Assembly (NCBI GenBank): GCA_964016885.1
Contig: OZ024740.1
Location: 212,412,001-212,476,000, forward strand
Reading direction: 5' to 3'
Length of the DNA: 64,000 nt
Origin: Eledone cirrhosa
Lineage: Eukaryota
The notes under the pieces are model-generated. The model did not search any database. It was not told the DNA's origin and was given only the letters and a program-made list of their open reading frames with translations. The position numbers were made by a program, and so were the translations under genes. Position 1 is the stretch's first letter; every line of letters begins with the position of its first letter. This document shows positions 42,401-54,229 of the stretch, in pieces.

Positions 42401-45373
42401 AAATGACATGTTTAGCTTCCAGTAACCAGGTCCTAACCTACGCGTCTTATCTAGGTCGACCATACAGATCACAAACTTGTGATCTGAATAGGCAACCGTT
42501 TCAAAACGTGGACAGCTTACACTATTTCTGTCTATTTTCCTAATGAATATCCTGTCTATATACGATCTAGATGACCCTATGCGGTTAGCTCAGGTCCACA
42601 CTGGCGCATTAGGGAAATCTACTCGGTACCTGTCAGACAGTTGGAACTGGCTGATCAGGTTCTTGAGGCTTTTGCACCCCCCGCTCCTATCGGATACTCC
42701 AACACAGTCCCAGCGTGCGTCTAAGATGCCGTTCCAGTCCCCCGCTAACAGTAAAGGGCGAGACGTACCCAGAAAGGCTTCCAGGCGTCTAAAGAAGTCC
42801 GGCCATCCTTCCCCAGTAGGAGCATACACGGCCACCAGTCTAAAGGCACCACCTTCATTATTGTTCACGTCCAGGACCACCAACTTCCCGTCCGTGTCCC
42901 GGAAGATCGACCTTACCTCGAGATCCAGGCCTTTTCTAAACAGCACTTCCACCCCGCCTCCCATTCCCGGCCGGCTAACAGATGCAAAGATCTGATAGTC
43001 GTCGAAAATGGGGGCTAGTGCGCGCGTGTCGGAAATCCTGGTCTCGCTGACGGCAATTACATCCATTTCTAGAGACCTGAGGTCGTTGAGCAGGTGACCC
43101 TGCTTCCAGGACGATCCCAGGTCTCGGACATTTAAACATCTTACTCTTAATACGGCCATGTTGGCAGGTTAAACAGAGAGAGAGGAAGGTTTACTTACCT
43201 TCCGGGCTCTTGTGAAGGTCGGGTTGTTCGTCCTCCATAGTTAGTGGGGTTTCTTTTGGGAACCCCTTTAAAAGTCTTGAAGTGAGTTTTACGTTCGGGG
43301 TTCCCGTGTCCCGAGGAAAGCTGTCTCGTATTTCTTTGAATATGTCGAGCGACATTCGCACCAGAACCAAATCTTCCGGCACGCGAAATGTGCTCGATTT
43401 AAACATTTCCCCCTCTTTTTGTATATTTTCACTTCGTGCTACGAGGGCCATCAGTTCCTTGTTGGCCCTCCTGACGAGCACGAAGTTTTGTATGTTTTGT
43501 TGGTGTGATTTTATTTGTTTGCGTGGCTGTGATGGTGATGGTTTTGTTGGTGTTGTTTCGGTTGTATCTGTGTTTGTTGTGAGTGCGGTGTCTGTGGTTT
43601 CAGATGTTTGTATGTATATTTGTTCTTGCGTCTGTTTCGGTTGTTTGTGTTTGGGGGATTCTGGTGATGGTGATGGTGATGGTGGTGTTGATGTTGGTTT
43701 TATGGGAGAGATGTTTGCGTGGGTGGTGTCTGCGTTTTTTTTGTGGGTGCTTTTGTGCTTTGTTGAGTTTTCTTTTTTTTTTTGTGTTTCCTTTTTTGTA
43801 TTTTGGGGGATTTTGGATTTCCCTCATTTTCACTACTGGTAGATGAGGGGTATGTGTCTGTAAGTGTGTCTGTATGTATGTTTATGGTTTTATTGGTGTG
43901 TGTATTATTTTGGAGAGGGGGAATTTGACAGCTTTCCTCGTTTCCCCCCTGGGTGGTCAATGTTGGTGGTTGTCTGTCTATTGGTGTTGTTGTTGGTGGT
44001 TTTGCCGGTGCTGGTGTTGGTTGTGGTCCTCGCCCCGGCGTCGGCAGCAGTGGAGCCTTTCGACCCCTTGCCTCTTTCAGCAGTTGAGGGCAGAAGGCTT
44101 GCAAATGGGATTTTTCCCCACAAACAAAACACTGCGGCCTTTTGCCTTCGGTCATGATGTGAATGACCGTCCCATTCTGAAGGCGGATGTGGTCCGGGAT
44201 TGTCTTCACATTCTCGGGCCTGATCTGGAGAAGGATCTCCAGGTCAACCCAGGACCAGTCCTCTCTGGCCGTTCTGGTCACTTCTATAGGGACTGTATCC
44301 GTCCCCTCCACAATCACACATCCCAGAAGCCACCACATGTCAAGTCCTGGTGGGATTCTGGGAATGCGGATACGGGCCGTTCTTTTTCCCATGTGGGAGG
44401 GGTACATTATGACGTTGCTGGTTTTGCAAGGAGTCATAGAGTGTTGCATAGTGAGGGCTTCTGACTTGAACAACACCGAAATGGTGCCGTACTGTCTGCC
44501 CCTCTCTATGTCCTGGGTGTCTTCTCTGATGCACCTCAGCGCGACTTCAACATCTTCTTGTGGGATTAAAGCTGCCCTTTTGGTTTGTGCTGAGATGCAT
44601 CTATAATGCACTCCACTGCCTCAATAGCTTCTACCGGGACAGTTAAGTTGGCCCAAGTTTGCTCTTGCTTGAAGAGCTTCCATGCCTGGGCCAACTTTTC
44701 ATCTTTGTTTGAGAGGTCCATGCTGAAGCATGGCCTCTTTTTTGCTGCTGCCGGCAGCGAAAGTGTTCTTCATGTTTTCGTTGTGGATTTTGTTGTCGTT
44801 GTTCTTGTTGGTGTTGTTGTTAGCACTCTCGCTGTTATCATTGTTGTCTTTGTTGCCACCGTTGTTCTCGGTGCAGTTGGTATTGTTGCTGTTGGTGTTG
44901 TCGCTATTTGTTTTCATGTTAGTGGTGTTGATATTGTTGTTGTATTTGTTATTTTTCTTTTTTGTTATCTGTATTTTCGTTGTCGCTGTTACTGTCATTT
45001 TTTTCAAAATTAGTGTTCTTATTGGTATCATTGGTGTCTTTGTTTACCTTGTTTGTGGTGGTGCTTGTGTTATCCATGTGTGTTAATTTCGCTGTAGCGC
45101 TCCTCTCAACTTCTACGTCGTTGTCGCACGACAGTCGACATATCGCTAGGGGGCGTGGCTCAGCCATGTTTTTTCTTCTTCGTAAATTTTTTAACATGTA
45201 TAAAAAAGTTCAAATATTTGGGCGAAAAGGCCCAAATATTATACTTTCCCCTTCACGGGGCAAAGTCTAAGGGCTTTTATCCCTTACACAACAAGAAATA
45301 TTTAACAACAAATAATTTTAACAGGCAAATAAAGCGACTTACTGTGAGCGAGCAAAATACGTCCGCTTAGACC
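39460..45373 (-). mobile_element. Tx1/L1-clade LINE (family B), full length, inserted in (TAA)n
   Basis: ORF1 about 45168-43191 (CFVCGEKSHLQAFC). ORF2 43159-39737 has APE, RT and CPRCAQSDETVLHALVQC, with a few stops and a frameshift. (TAA)n on both flanks. Confidence 0.93.
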
Positions 45374-45410
<37 letters not shown>

Positions 45411-45411
<1 letters not shown>

Positions 45412-45665
45412 GGATGATTTGTTATGTCTTCATTATGTTTATCGAGCAGTGACACGCGTTTCGCTATTAATCAGCTCAAGGTCGATCTGTATCGATCTAA
45501 CCCGCCTCTGGAGTCAAAATCTCGTTGGACCACAGCAGAGGTCTGGCGAGCTTCTGGCTCCACAAGAGTCGGGTTAGATCGATACAGATCGAACCTTGGG
45601 CTAATTAATAGCGAAACGCATGTCACTGCTCGATAAACACAATGAAGACATAACAAATCCTCCTT
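45411..45665. repeat. Fold-back element (arms 45411-45504 and 45570-45665) between oppositely oriented (TAA)n and (TTA)n tracts
   Basis: Inverted arms of about 95 bp, read directly. Confidence 0.88.
45534..45630 (+). ncRNA. Degenerate type I hammerhead motif (A6G)
   Basis: AGCA..GT-CTGGCGA-GCT...AGC-GAAAC-GCAT-GTC-AC-TGCT. Confidence 0.5.
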
Positions 45666-45687
45666 ATTATTATTATTATTATTGTTA

Positions 45688-46290
45688 TTTCCTTTATTAT
45701 TTTTATTGCGCTTCATTACTGCTTTTCCGAGCAAACTTCTGTGCGCCTTGGGTATGTGCAGTGTAGTTTTTGCTGATGTTGTTTCTATTGTATTGATAGT
45801 ACTTTACGAAATATGTGTGGAGTGCCTAGTAGCGCTATCTTTTGTATGCTGTATATATTTGTAAGTCCTGGAGTTTTGGCTATGTATTTGTCTGTGTGTT
45901 TTTAATCATTCCTAGAGCACCTATTATTATAGGTATTGTATCTGTTTTCATTTTCCACTTTCGAGTTATTTCTATCGCTAGATCTTTATATTTGGAGAGT
46001 TTCTCTATTTTCTTGGAAGATATATTGTCGTCTGTGGGGATAGATACATCTATTAAAAGGCATTTTTTTTCTTTGTGGTCTTTGACTATAATACCTGGTC
46101 GGTTGGTCTTGACCTCTCTGTCTGTATGTATTGGCATATCTCAGAGAATGGTTGCTTTGTCATTCTCTGACACTTTTTCTGGTATGTGTTTGTACCATCT
46201 TTTTTATGTTGGTATTTCATAATGCTGGCATAATTTCCAGTGTATGAAGGTTCCAACTCTATCATGCCTGCGGATATATCTTTTGTTTAC
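45688..46290 (-). mobile_element. R4/Dong-like RLE element, 3' fragment
   Basis: DMPIHTDREVKTNRPGII..CLLIDVSIP..EKLSKYKDL..IPIIIGALG. The 3' end abuts (TAA)n on the minus strand. Confidence 0.8.
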
Positions 46291-46499
46291 TTCGACTCAA
46301 CCGTGAATATAATTATATGTAGTAGAGATACCGCCTTAACAAAGATTTATAAAAGACATATATACAATCTGAGCCTCAACAGCATCAAACAACCAGAACT
46401 AGACATTAACCCCCAACACTTAAATTAACAAGTAAGACGTATTATTAAAAGTTAATTGGTTTATATAACTAAATCGTCTGATTCAGCGGAAGCTAGCGG

Positions 46500-48320
46500 T
46501 GGATAGACACCTATTGAAACTAGTGGTAGCAGCTAGGAACATATAGGTGTTCCCAGTACCAGTAGAAGATTACCTGACACTATAACATCAAAGCCAACAG
46601 TGATAAATAGAGAGATAATGCGATTGCTGAAGCTATAGGCAACCGACTACAGACTTCTCTCAACACATTATTGGAAATACAAACCTATTTGGGAGGATAT
46701 GTTTCAGTAGGTTGAAAACCTTAATTAGAGTTACAGGCCATGCAACATCAATATAAGAAAAGAAGCCTCCAAACTAGAACTAATAGCAGGTAATTATCTA
46801 ACTGGATATGTGAACCAATAAATCTTTTGATAATTGTGTCTGCTATTACATTGTTAACTTATCAGAAGGAACCGAAGCCACACAATCAAGATACATGGGC
46901 ACACAGCTTAAAAACAGCATTTTCTCCTTTCAAAGACATATCTCACTGATATTTGAAATTATGAAATTTGATGTGGACAACAATTTCACACAACACAAGA
47001 AAAGTTTAAGAGAGAAATCAGAAACGGGATTTAGAGATAAAGGATTAAAAAAAACCAACTGAACACGCAGCTGCAACAGAAACACTAATCTACAGCATAT
47101 AAACAGCAAATACTGAATCGACTATTTGCCAGGGATGTCAAATCGATCTCTTATAGCTTCACTGTAGTGTGGCTGGACTAACAGAAGACCTTCATTAATA
47201 TACTTCATTGGTTGAGTGAAAAGGCTTCATAGTTAGTCACACAACCACTTGTAGCTGTTATCCAATGTCTGGCCAAGTCATGCTTCATCCCATTTTGAGA
47301 TGATAGGAAGCAAAGTGAAGCTGATATTATACACCACCAACACACATCTTGCAGAGCGATAGAATGTCAGTGCAGATCGTTATTGTTCTCATTAAACCCA
47401 TTAACATACCTGCTCACAAAAAATTAGAAATATTTCTCATCTTTTCTTTGTTAATGACCTGAAGTTGTATGGGCCAAACATCTTACAAACCATAGAGAAA
47501 ATTGGCGCTCATTTGCCAACTTTCTACAGGCTGATGTTTAATGATTCCAAATGTGCATTATTGGTGATGAAACATAGAAAGGTTGTAACTCTCCCCGAAA
47601 AACTAAACATGAACGGCTTGACAATACAATCTTTACATTGACGTGTCAACTACAGGTATCTTAGACAAGATGGGAATGTCAGATATGATGGACCTCTATA
47701 TAAGGAGAGTGCTAAGAATAAATACCTCAGGAGAGGTATCGTAATGCAAACATTTGGCCTTCTCAACTGGTCACTGTAAGAACTTAACTAGGAATGAACA
47801 CGAATGCGCAAGCAGCTCATTGTTACTGGAAATGTCAACATCAATTGGGATGTGGACAGACAATAACTCCCATGCTAGGAATGTGGGCAGGATCTAAAAT
47901 CCATATCAACATTGTATGAGGTCTGAATACTAACACTAAAACAATATCTTCAACAGAAGAAAAAAGTCAGCAACTATCTCATCCAGTTTTATAAACACGA
48001 AAATAACAATATTGTTAGAATATCCATTGAACATGAGAAGAAACATGAAATAAAAGCTGTCACAAATCTCTCTCCCAAGATCATTGGAAATCTTTTCTCA
48101 ATGCTTGAAGAAAATAAAAAGTTAGATTGAAAATGTTGTACATGGGTACTTAAGATGGGAAATGCAGGCCATAGAGGTGGTAAATCACACTAAATAACTT
48201 ACATGGAATTCCGACAAGTTCTTAACATTGCTCATTGAAGGAAACCTCTATGTAATCCAAGAACAAGAAATGACTACCATGTACCAACTGAACAAAAGCG
48301 GAAAATTATCAGCTCCTTAA
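46500..48320 (+). mobile_element. Highly degraded R4/Dong-like element
   Basis: Residual RT and post-RT motifs (FVNDLKLYG, NYRYLRQD, EGNLYVIQEQE). 47932-47985 matches 58933-58990. Confidence 0.55.
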
Positions 48321-48995
48321 TTCATAAGCTATGATATTTGGAACTTTCAAAATATGTAAAATATTCTTAAAATTTAAAGGATGAATAATTGAATATAAGG
48401 CGACGAGATATTCGTCTTCTTTAAAAACGTACCACCGGGGAGCCGGAGAGATTTCCAATCAAAATAAACTTGAATTGAAGAAAAATAGTCAAACGACATG
48501 TATGTCTTTATGATGTTTTATACTATTTTATGGTAATTGGTATGTCCATTAATATTTTTGTAAATTGTTTCATATATCATCATCATTATCATCATTATCA
48601 TAATTTTTACGTCAACTTTTCCATGCTGGGAGTTTTTGATATAAAGTTGTACAGGAAAATGTCCTTCATGAAGCCAACTCTTTTAGTCGGCTTTTACGAC
48701 ATACGGGGATTCAATTTGTCTATTTTATAAATTAAGACATATATGGGAATCTTGGATTTAATTTATTAGGTCATACATTTTGATACAGATCAGATATATT
48801 TGCTAAAATAATTTATTTGTTTAATTAATGCGAAATGATTTACTTTATCTCATGATTTTTTTGCTAGTCATTTCTTTGTTTTCTAAATATATTTTGTCAT
48901 TCCTATGGTATGAAATACGACACTCTAAAATATTTCGCATTATATTTTCATTATATCATCTCTTAATGTAATTTTCTATATTATTTATTTTACAG

Positions 48996-49898
48996 GATCA
49001 TATGATGACATTAATAGATAACTTGAATATAGCAATCACTTCAATAAAAAAAAAAAACATTCTCCCTTTTGAAAAAGATCTTCCAAAAAACACCATAAAC
49101 CTTTCCAAAGAAATCACAATATTGACTGCATATTTTAATATAGGAACCTTTGGAAAGGGAAGTCCTGGAAATAAGCGTCGTCCCAGCGCGTATTACAAAT
49201 GGATGTCTGTATTTGCTAACATCACTAATAATTTAATTGTTTATACTGATGATGAAACTACATATAAATCATTTCAAAAGATGAGGAGCAGATTTTCCAA
49301 AGAACAAACCAAGTTATTTCTGATAGATACGAAAACATTGTGGACATTTCAGATAAAAAAAAATATTTCTGATATATTTAGTCAACCTGGTTACCCAAAA
49401 CATCATCCCAATACAGTTTTGCCAGAATACGCTTGTGTTGTGCATGCAAAATTTGAGTTACTTAACCGAATTATAAGAAAGAACTATTTTCATACGAAAT
49501 ACTTTATGTGGTTAGATATGGGATATTTCAGATCACCCCATTATAGTTCCGAAATGAGACTTGCAATACCTAAAGATTTTAATGATTCTAGCGTTGCATA
49601 TAGCCAAATAGGTAGTTTTAATAAGAATGTAACCTATAAAAATATTGTTTATAGCAATATGGTGTGGTTGGCAGGTGGCTGTAACCTTGGCAAATATGAT
49701 GTTTTGTACAAATTTACTCAAGAGTATTTAAACTTTGTTAAGAAATCTTTGTCCTTGAAGCTTATAAGTACAGAACAGCAAATCATATATGGAATGTATG
49801 TTGACAAAGAAAAACCCAAAACACAGCTTCAACTTTATAAATCAGGTTGGTTTAAATTAGGTACTGTATGTTATGAAGCTGGGAAGAAATCAACATAA
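48996..49898 (+). CDS. Coding exon 3 (main domain) of HtrL/YibB-like putative glycosyltransferase-fold protein
   Basis: Intact 298-aa ORF preceded in frame by acceptor TATTTTACAG|GAT. Motifs TILTAYFNIG, NNLIVYTD, PEYACVVHAKF, FMWLDMGY, WLAGG and TEQQII are colinear with bacterial HtrL as I recall it (TIITAYFDIG, PEYVLV..LK, WIDFGY, IIGG, DDQGI). Confidence 0.8.
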   Translation, partial: DHMMTLIDNLNIAITSIKKKNILPFEKDLPKNTINLSKEITILTAYFNIGTFGKGSPGNKRRPSAYYKWMSVFANITNNLIVYTDDETTYKSFQKMRSRFSKEQTKLFLIDTKTLWTFQIKKNISDIFSQPGYPKHHPNTVLPEYACVVHAKFELLNRIIRKNYFHTKYFMWLDMGYFRSPHYSSEMRLAIPKDFNDSSVAYSQIGSFNKNVTYKNIVYSNMVWLAGGCNLGKYDVLYKFTQEYLNFVKKSLSLKLISTEQQIIYGMYVDKEKPKTQLQLYKSGWFKLGTVCYEAGKKST

Positions 49899-50227
49899 TT
49901 GATATGTGTGTACAGTATTAAAGACTTGTATAAAAGTGTATTGATATATCATCATCTTATTAAGACATATTAACTTCCCTGTAATTCCCTGGATCAGATG
50001 ATTCTTTATGTCCTTAACATTTACTTCCTTCATTTTCAATTAAGAGAACCAACCACAAAATGAATTTAAAGGTCGTCAATTCATAAAATCACGTGTCTTT
50101 GCAGTATGATGCATAACAAAATGAAATACTTTTTATGAAATACTAATTATATTTTGAAAGAATGGGTTGTCTATACATATTTACAAGTTCTCAATGATCC
50201 TCTTCATATTTTCATTAAATAGCAAAA

Positions 50228-50510
50228 TAATTGTTTCTACCTTTGGCACAAGACCAGCAATTACCCAGTACATTACTGGTACTTTATTTTATAGACTCCG
50301 TAAGGATGAAAGGCGAAGTTAACCTAGGTGGGATTTGACCTCAGACCATAAAGGGCCGTAACACTTTGCTGCAAAGCATGGCGTCCGACTCTCTACCGAT
50401 ACTGCCAATCCACCGCCCTATATAATTGTTTCTACTTTTGGCACAAGGCCAGCAAATTAACCAGTACATTACTGGTACTTTATTTTATCGACCCCGTAAG
50501 GATGAAAGGC
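50228..50510 (-). mobile_element. SINE (full 50228-50418 plus partial 50422-50510) in the putative 3' UTR of the HtrL-like gene
   Basis: Family match. Confidence 0.8.
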
Positions 50511-50524
50511 ATGATAAAAATTGC

Positions 50525-50530
50525 AATAAA
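50525..50530 (+). terminator. Candidate polyadenylation signal AATAAA of the HtrL-like gene
   Basis: AATAAA about 630 nt after the stop codon. An ATTAAA near 49917 is an alternative. Confidence 0.35.
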
Positions 50531-50625
50531 GACCAAAATACTATGATACTCCAATTAAACTAAAAACGCTTTTTCCTGTTATGTTTGTCTACAACAGAAC
50601 TTATAATCACATTGCTTCTGTGTGA

Positions 50626-53600
50626 TGGGCGTGGCATGTGTTGTGGTGCCGTGTTAGCCCACTTGGGCGTGGCATGTGTTGTGGTGCCGTGTTAGCCCGC
50701 ATGGGTGTGGCATGTGTTGTGGTGCCGTGTTAGCCCACATGGGCGTGGCATGTGTTGTGGTGCCGTGTTAGCCCACATGGGCGTGGCATGTGTTGTGGTG
50801 CCGTGTTAGCCCACATGGGCGTGGCATGTGTTGTGGTGCCGTGTTAGCCCACTTGGGCGTGGCATGTGTTGTGGTGCCGTGTTAGCCCACATGGGCGTGG
50901 CATGTGTTGTGGTGCCGTGTTAGCCCACATGGGCGTGGCATGTGTTGTTGTGCCGTGTTAGCCCACATGGGCGTGGCATGTTTTGTGGTGCCGTGTTAGC
51001 CCACATGGGCGTGCCATGTGTTGTGGTGCCGTGTTAGCCCACATGGGCGTGGCATGTGTTGTGGTGCCGTGTTAGCCCACATGGGCGTGTCATTTGTTGT
51101 GGTGCCGTGTTAGCCCACATGGGCGTGGCATGTGTTGTGGTGCCGTGTTAGCCCACATGGGCGTGGCATGTGTTGTGGTGCCGTGTTAGCCCACATGGGC
51201 GTGCTATGTTTTGTGCTGCCGTGTTAGACCACATGGGCGTGGCATGTTTTGTGGTGCCGTGTTAGCCCACATGGGCGTAGCATGTGTTGTGGTGCCGTGT
51301 TAGCCCACATGGGCGTGCCATGTTTTGTAGTGCCGTGTTAGCCCACATGGGCGTGGCATGTTTTGTGGTGCCGTGTTAGCGCACATGGACGTGCCATGTT
51401 TTGTGGTGTCGTGTTAGCCCACATGGGCGTGCCATGTTTTGTGGTGCCGTGTTAGCCCACATGGGCGTGGCATGTGTTGTGTTGCCGTGTTAGCCCACAT
51501 GGGCGTGCCATGTTTTGTGGTGTCGTGTTAGCCCCCATGGGCGTGGCATGTGTTGTGGTGCCGTGTTAGCCCACATGGGCGTGGCATGTGTTGTCGTGCC
51601 GTGTTAGCCCACACGGGCGTGCCATGTTTTGTGGTGCCGTGTTAGCCCACATGGTCGTGCCATGTTTTGTAGTGCCGTGTTAGCCCACATGGGCGTGGCA
51701 TGTTTTGTGGTGCCGTGTTAGCGCACATGGGCGTGCCATGTTTTGTGGTGTCGTGTTAGCCCACATGGGCGTGCCTTGTTTTGTGGTGCCGTGTTAGCCC
51801 ACATGGGCGTGGAATGTGTTGTGTTGCCGTGTTAGCCCACATGGGCGTGCCATGTTTTGTGGTGCCGTGTTAGCCCACATGGGCATGCCATGTTTTGTGG
51901 TGCCGTGTTAGCCCACATGGGCGTGGCATGTTTTGTGGTGCCGTGTTAGCCCACATGGGCGTGGCATGTTTTGTGGTGCCGTGTTAGCCCACATGGGCGT
52001 AGCATGTGTTGTGGTGCCGTGTTAGCCCACATGGGCGTGCCATGATTTGTAGTGCCGTGTTAGCCCACATGGGCGTGGCATGTTTTGTGGTGCCGTGTTA
52101 GCTCATATGGGCGTGGCATGTTTTGTGGTGCCGTGTTAGCCAACATGGGCGTAGCATGTGTTGTGGTGCCGAGTTAGCCCACATGGGCGTGCCATGTTTT
52201 GTAGTGTCGTGTTAGCCCACATGGGCGTGGCATGTTTTGTGGTGCCGTGTTAGCGCACATGGGCGTGCCATGTTTTGTGGTGTCGTGTTAGCCCACATGG
52301 GCGTGCCATGTTTTGTGGTGCCGTGTTAGCCCACATGGGCGTGGCATGTGTTGCGGTGCCGTGTTAGCCCAGATGGACGTAGCATGTGTTATGGTGCCGT
52401 GTTAGCCCACATGGGCGTGCCATGTTTTGTAGTGCCGTGTTAGCTTACATGGGCGTGGCATGTTTTGTGGTGCCGTGTTAGCGCACATGGGCGTGCCATG
52501 TTTTGTGGTGTCGTGTTAGCCCACATGGGCGTGCCATGTTTTGTGGTGCCGTGTTAGCCCACATGGGCGTGGCATGTGTTGTCGTGCCGTGTTAGCCCAC
52601 ATGGGCGTGCCATGTTTTGTGGTGCCGTGTTAGCCCACATGGGCGTGCCATGTTTTTTGGTGCCGTGTTAGCCCACATGGGCGTGGCATGTGTTGTGGTG
52701 CCGTGTTAGCCCAGATGGGCGTGGCATGTTTTGTGGTGCCGTGTTAGCCCACATGGGCGTGGCATGTTTTGTGGTGCCGTGTTAGCCCACATGGGCGTAG
52801 CATGTGTTGTGGTGCCGTGTTAGCCCACATGGGCGTGCCATGTTTTGTAGTGCCGTGTTAGCCCACATGGGCGTGGCATGTTTTGTGGTGCCGTGTTAGC
52901 GCACATGGACGTGACATGTTTTGTGGTGTCGTGTTAGCCCACATGGGCGTGCCATGTTTTGTGGTGCCGTGTTAGCCCACATGGGCGTGGCATGTGTTGT
53001 GGTGCCGTGTTAGCGCACATGGGTGCGCCATGTTTTGTGGTGCCGTGTTAGCCCACATGGGGGTGGCATGTGTTGTGGTGCCGTGTTAGCCCACATGGGC
53101 GTGGCATGTGTTGTGGTGCCGTGTTAGCCCACATGGGCGTGGCATGTTTTGTAGTGCCGTGTTAGCCCACATGGGCGTGACATGTGTTGTGGTGCCGTGT
53201 TAGCCCACATGGGCGTGGCATGTGTTGTGGTGCCGTGTTAGACCACATGGGCGTGGCATGTTTTGTAGTGCCGTGTTAGCCCACATAGGCGTGGCATGTG
53301 TTGTGGTGCCGTGTTAGCCCACATGGGCGTGGCATGTGTTGTGGTGCCGTGTTAGCCCAGATGGGCGTGGCATGTTTTGTGGTGCCGTGTTAGCGCACAT
53401 GGGCGTGCCATGTTTTGTGGTGCCGTGTTAGCCCACATGGGCGTGGCATGTTTTGTGGTGCCGTGTTAGCCCTCATGGGCGTAGCATGTGTTGTGGTGCC
53501 GTGTTAGCCCACATGGGCGTGCCATGTTTTGTGGTGCCGTGTTAGCCCACATGGGCGTGGCATGTTTTGTTGTGCCGTGTTAGCCCACAAGGGCGTGGCA

Positions 53601-53850
53601 TGTTTTGTGGTGCCGTGTTAGCCCACATGGGCGTGCCATGTTTTGTGGTGCCGTGTTAGCCCACATGGGCGTGGCATGTGTTGTGGTGCCGTGTTAGCCC
53701 ACATGGGCGTGGCATGTTTTGTGGTGCTGTGTTAGCCCACATGGGCGTGGCATGTGTTGTAGTGCCGTGTTAGCCCACATGGGCGTGGAATGTGTTGTGG
53801 TGGCGTGTTAGCCCACATGGGCGTGGCATGTGTTGTGGTGCCGTGTTAGC
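50626..53850. repeat. 38-bp GC-rich tandem satellite, about 85 units
   Basis: Consensus CCACATGGGCGTGGCATGT(G/T)TTGTGGTGCCGTGTTAGC, repeated head-to-tail with no spacers. Confidence 0.97.
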
Positions 53851-54229
53851 ACATCAGTGTCTAGAATATGAGACCTCCATGAGATCTTGAGGATACACAC
53901 ACATATACATACATATATACATACATACGCACATATATATATATGTACATACATATGCACATAGATACATACATACACACACATACATACATTTATTCAT
54001 ACATACATACAAACCTAAATGATGGCTGTAAACTTTGCTAAGAGTATTGCAATCGCTTGTCAGTTTACAGAAAATGGTGCACCTTTAGGCTACGGCCAAC
54101 CACACGAACCTGTATCATATCTTGAACAAGCAATGCCTGTACTTTGAAGGTTTTTTAAGTGGGGAAAGGCCTTGCACTCGACCAATCCCACTCTCTGAGC
54201 ATCGAAAACACTACCCGAAAAGGAGAACT

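Noticed and set aside
49002-49898. Bacterial contamination or a standalone intronless htrL gene
   Set aside because: It has an in-frame splice acceptor, matching upstream exons, host-like AT content and flanking host SINEs.
50626-53850. CRISPR array (38-bp partly palindromic repeat)
   Set aside because: There are no spacers and no cas genes, and the context is eukaryotic; it is a pure tandem satellite.
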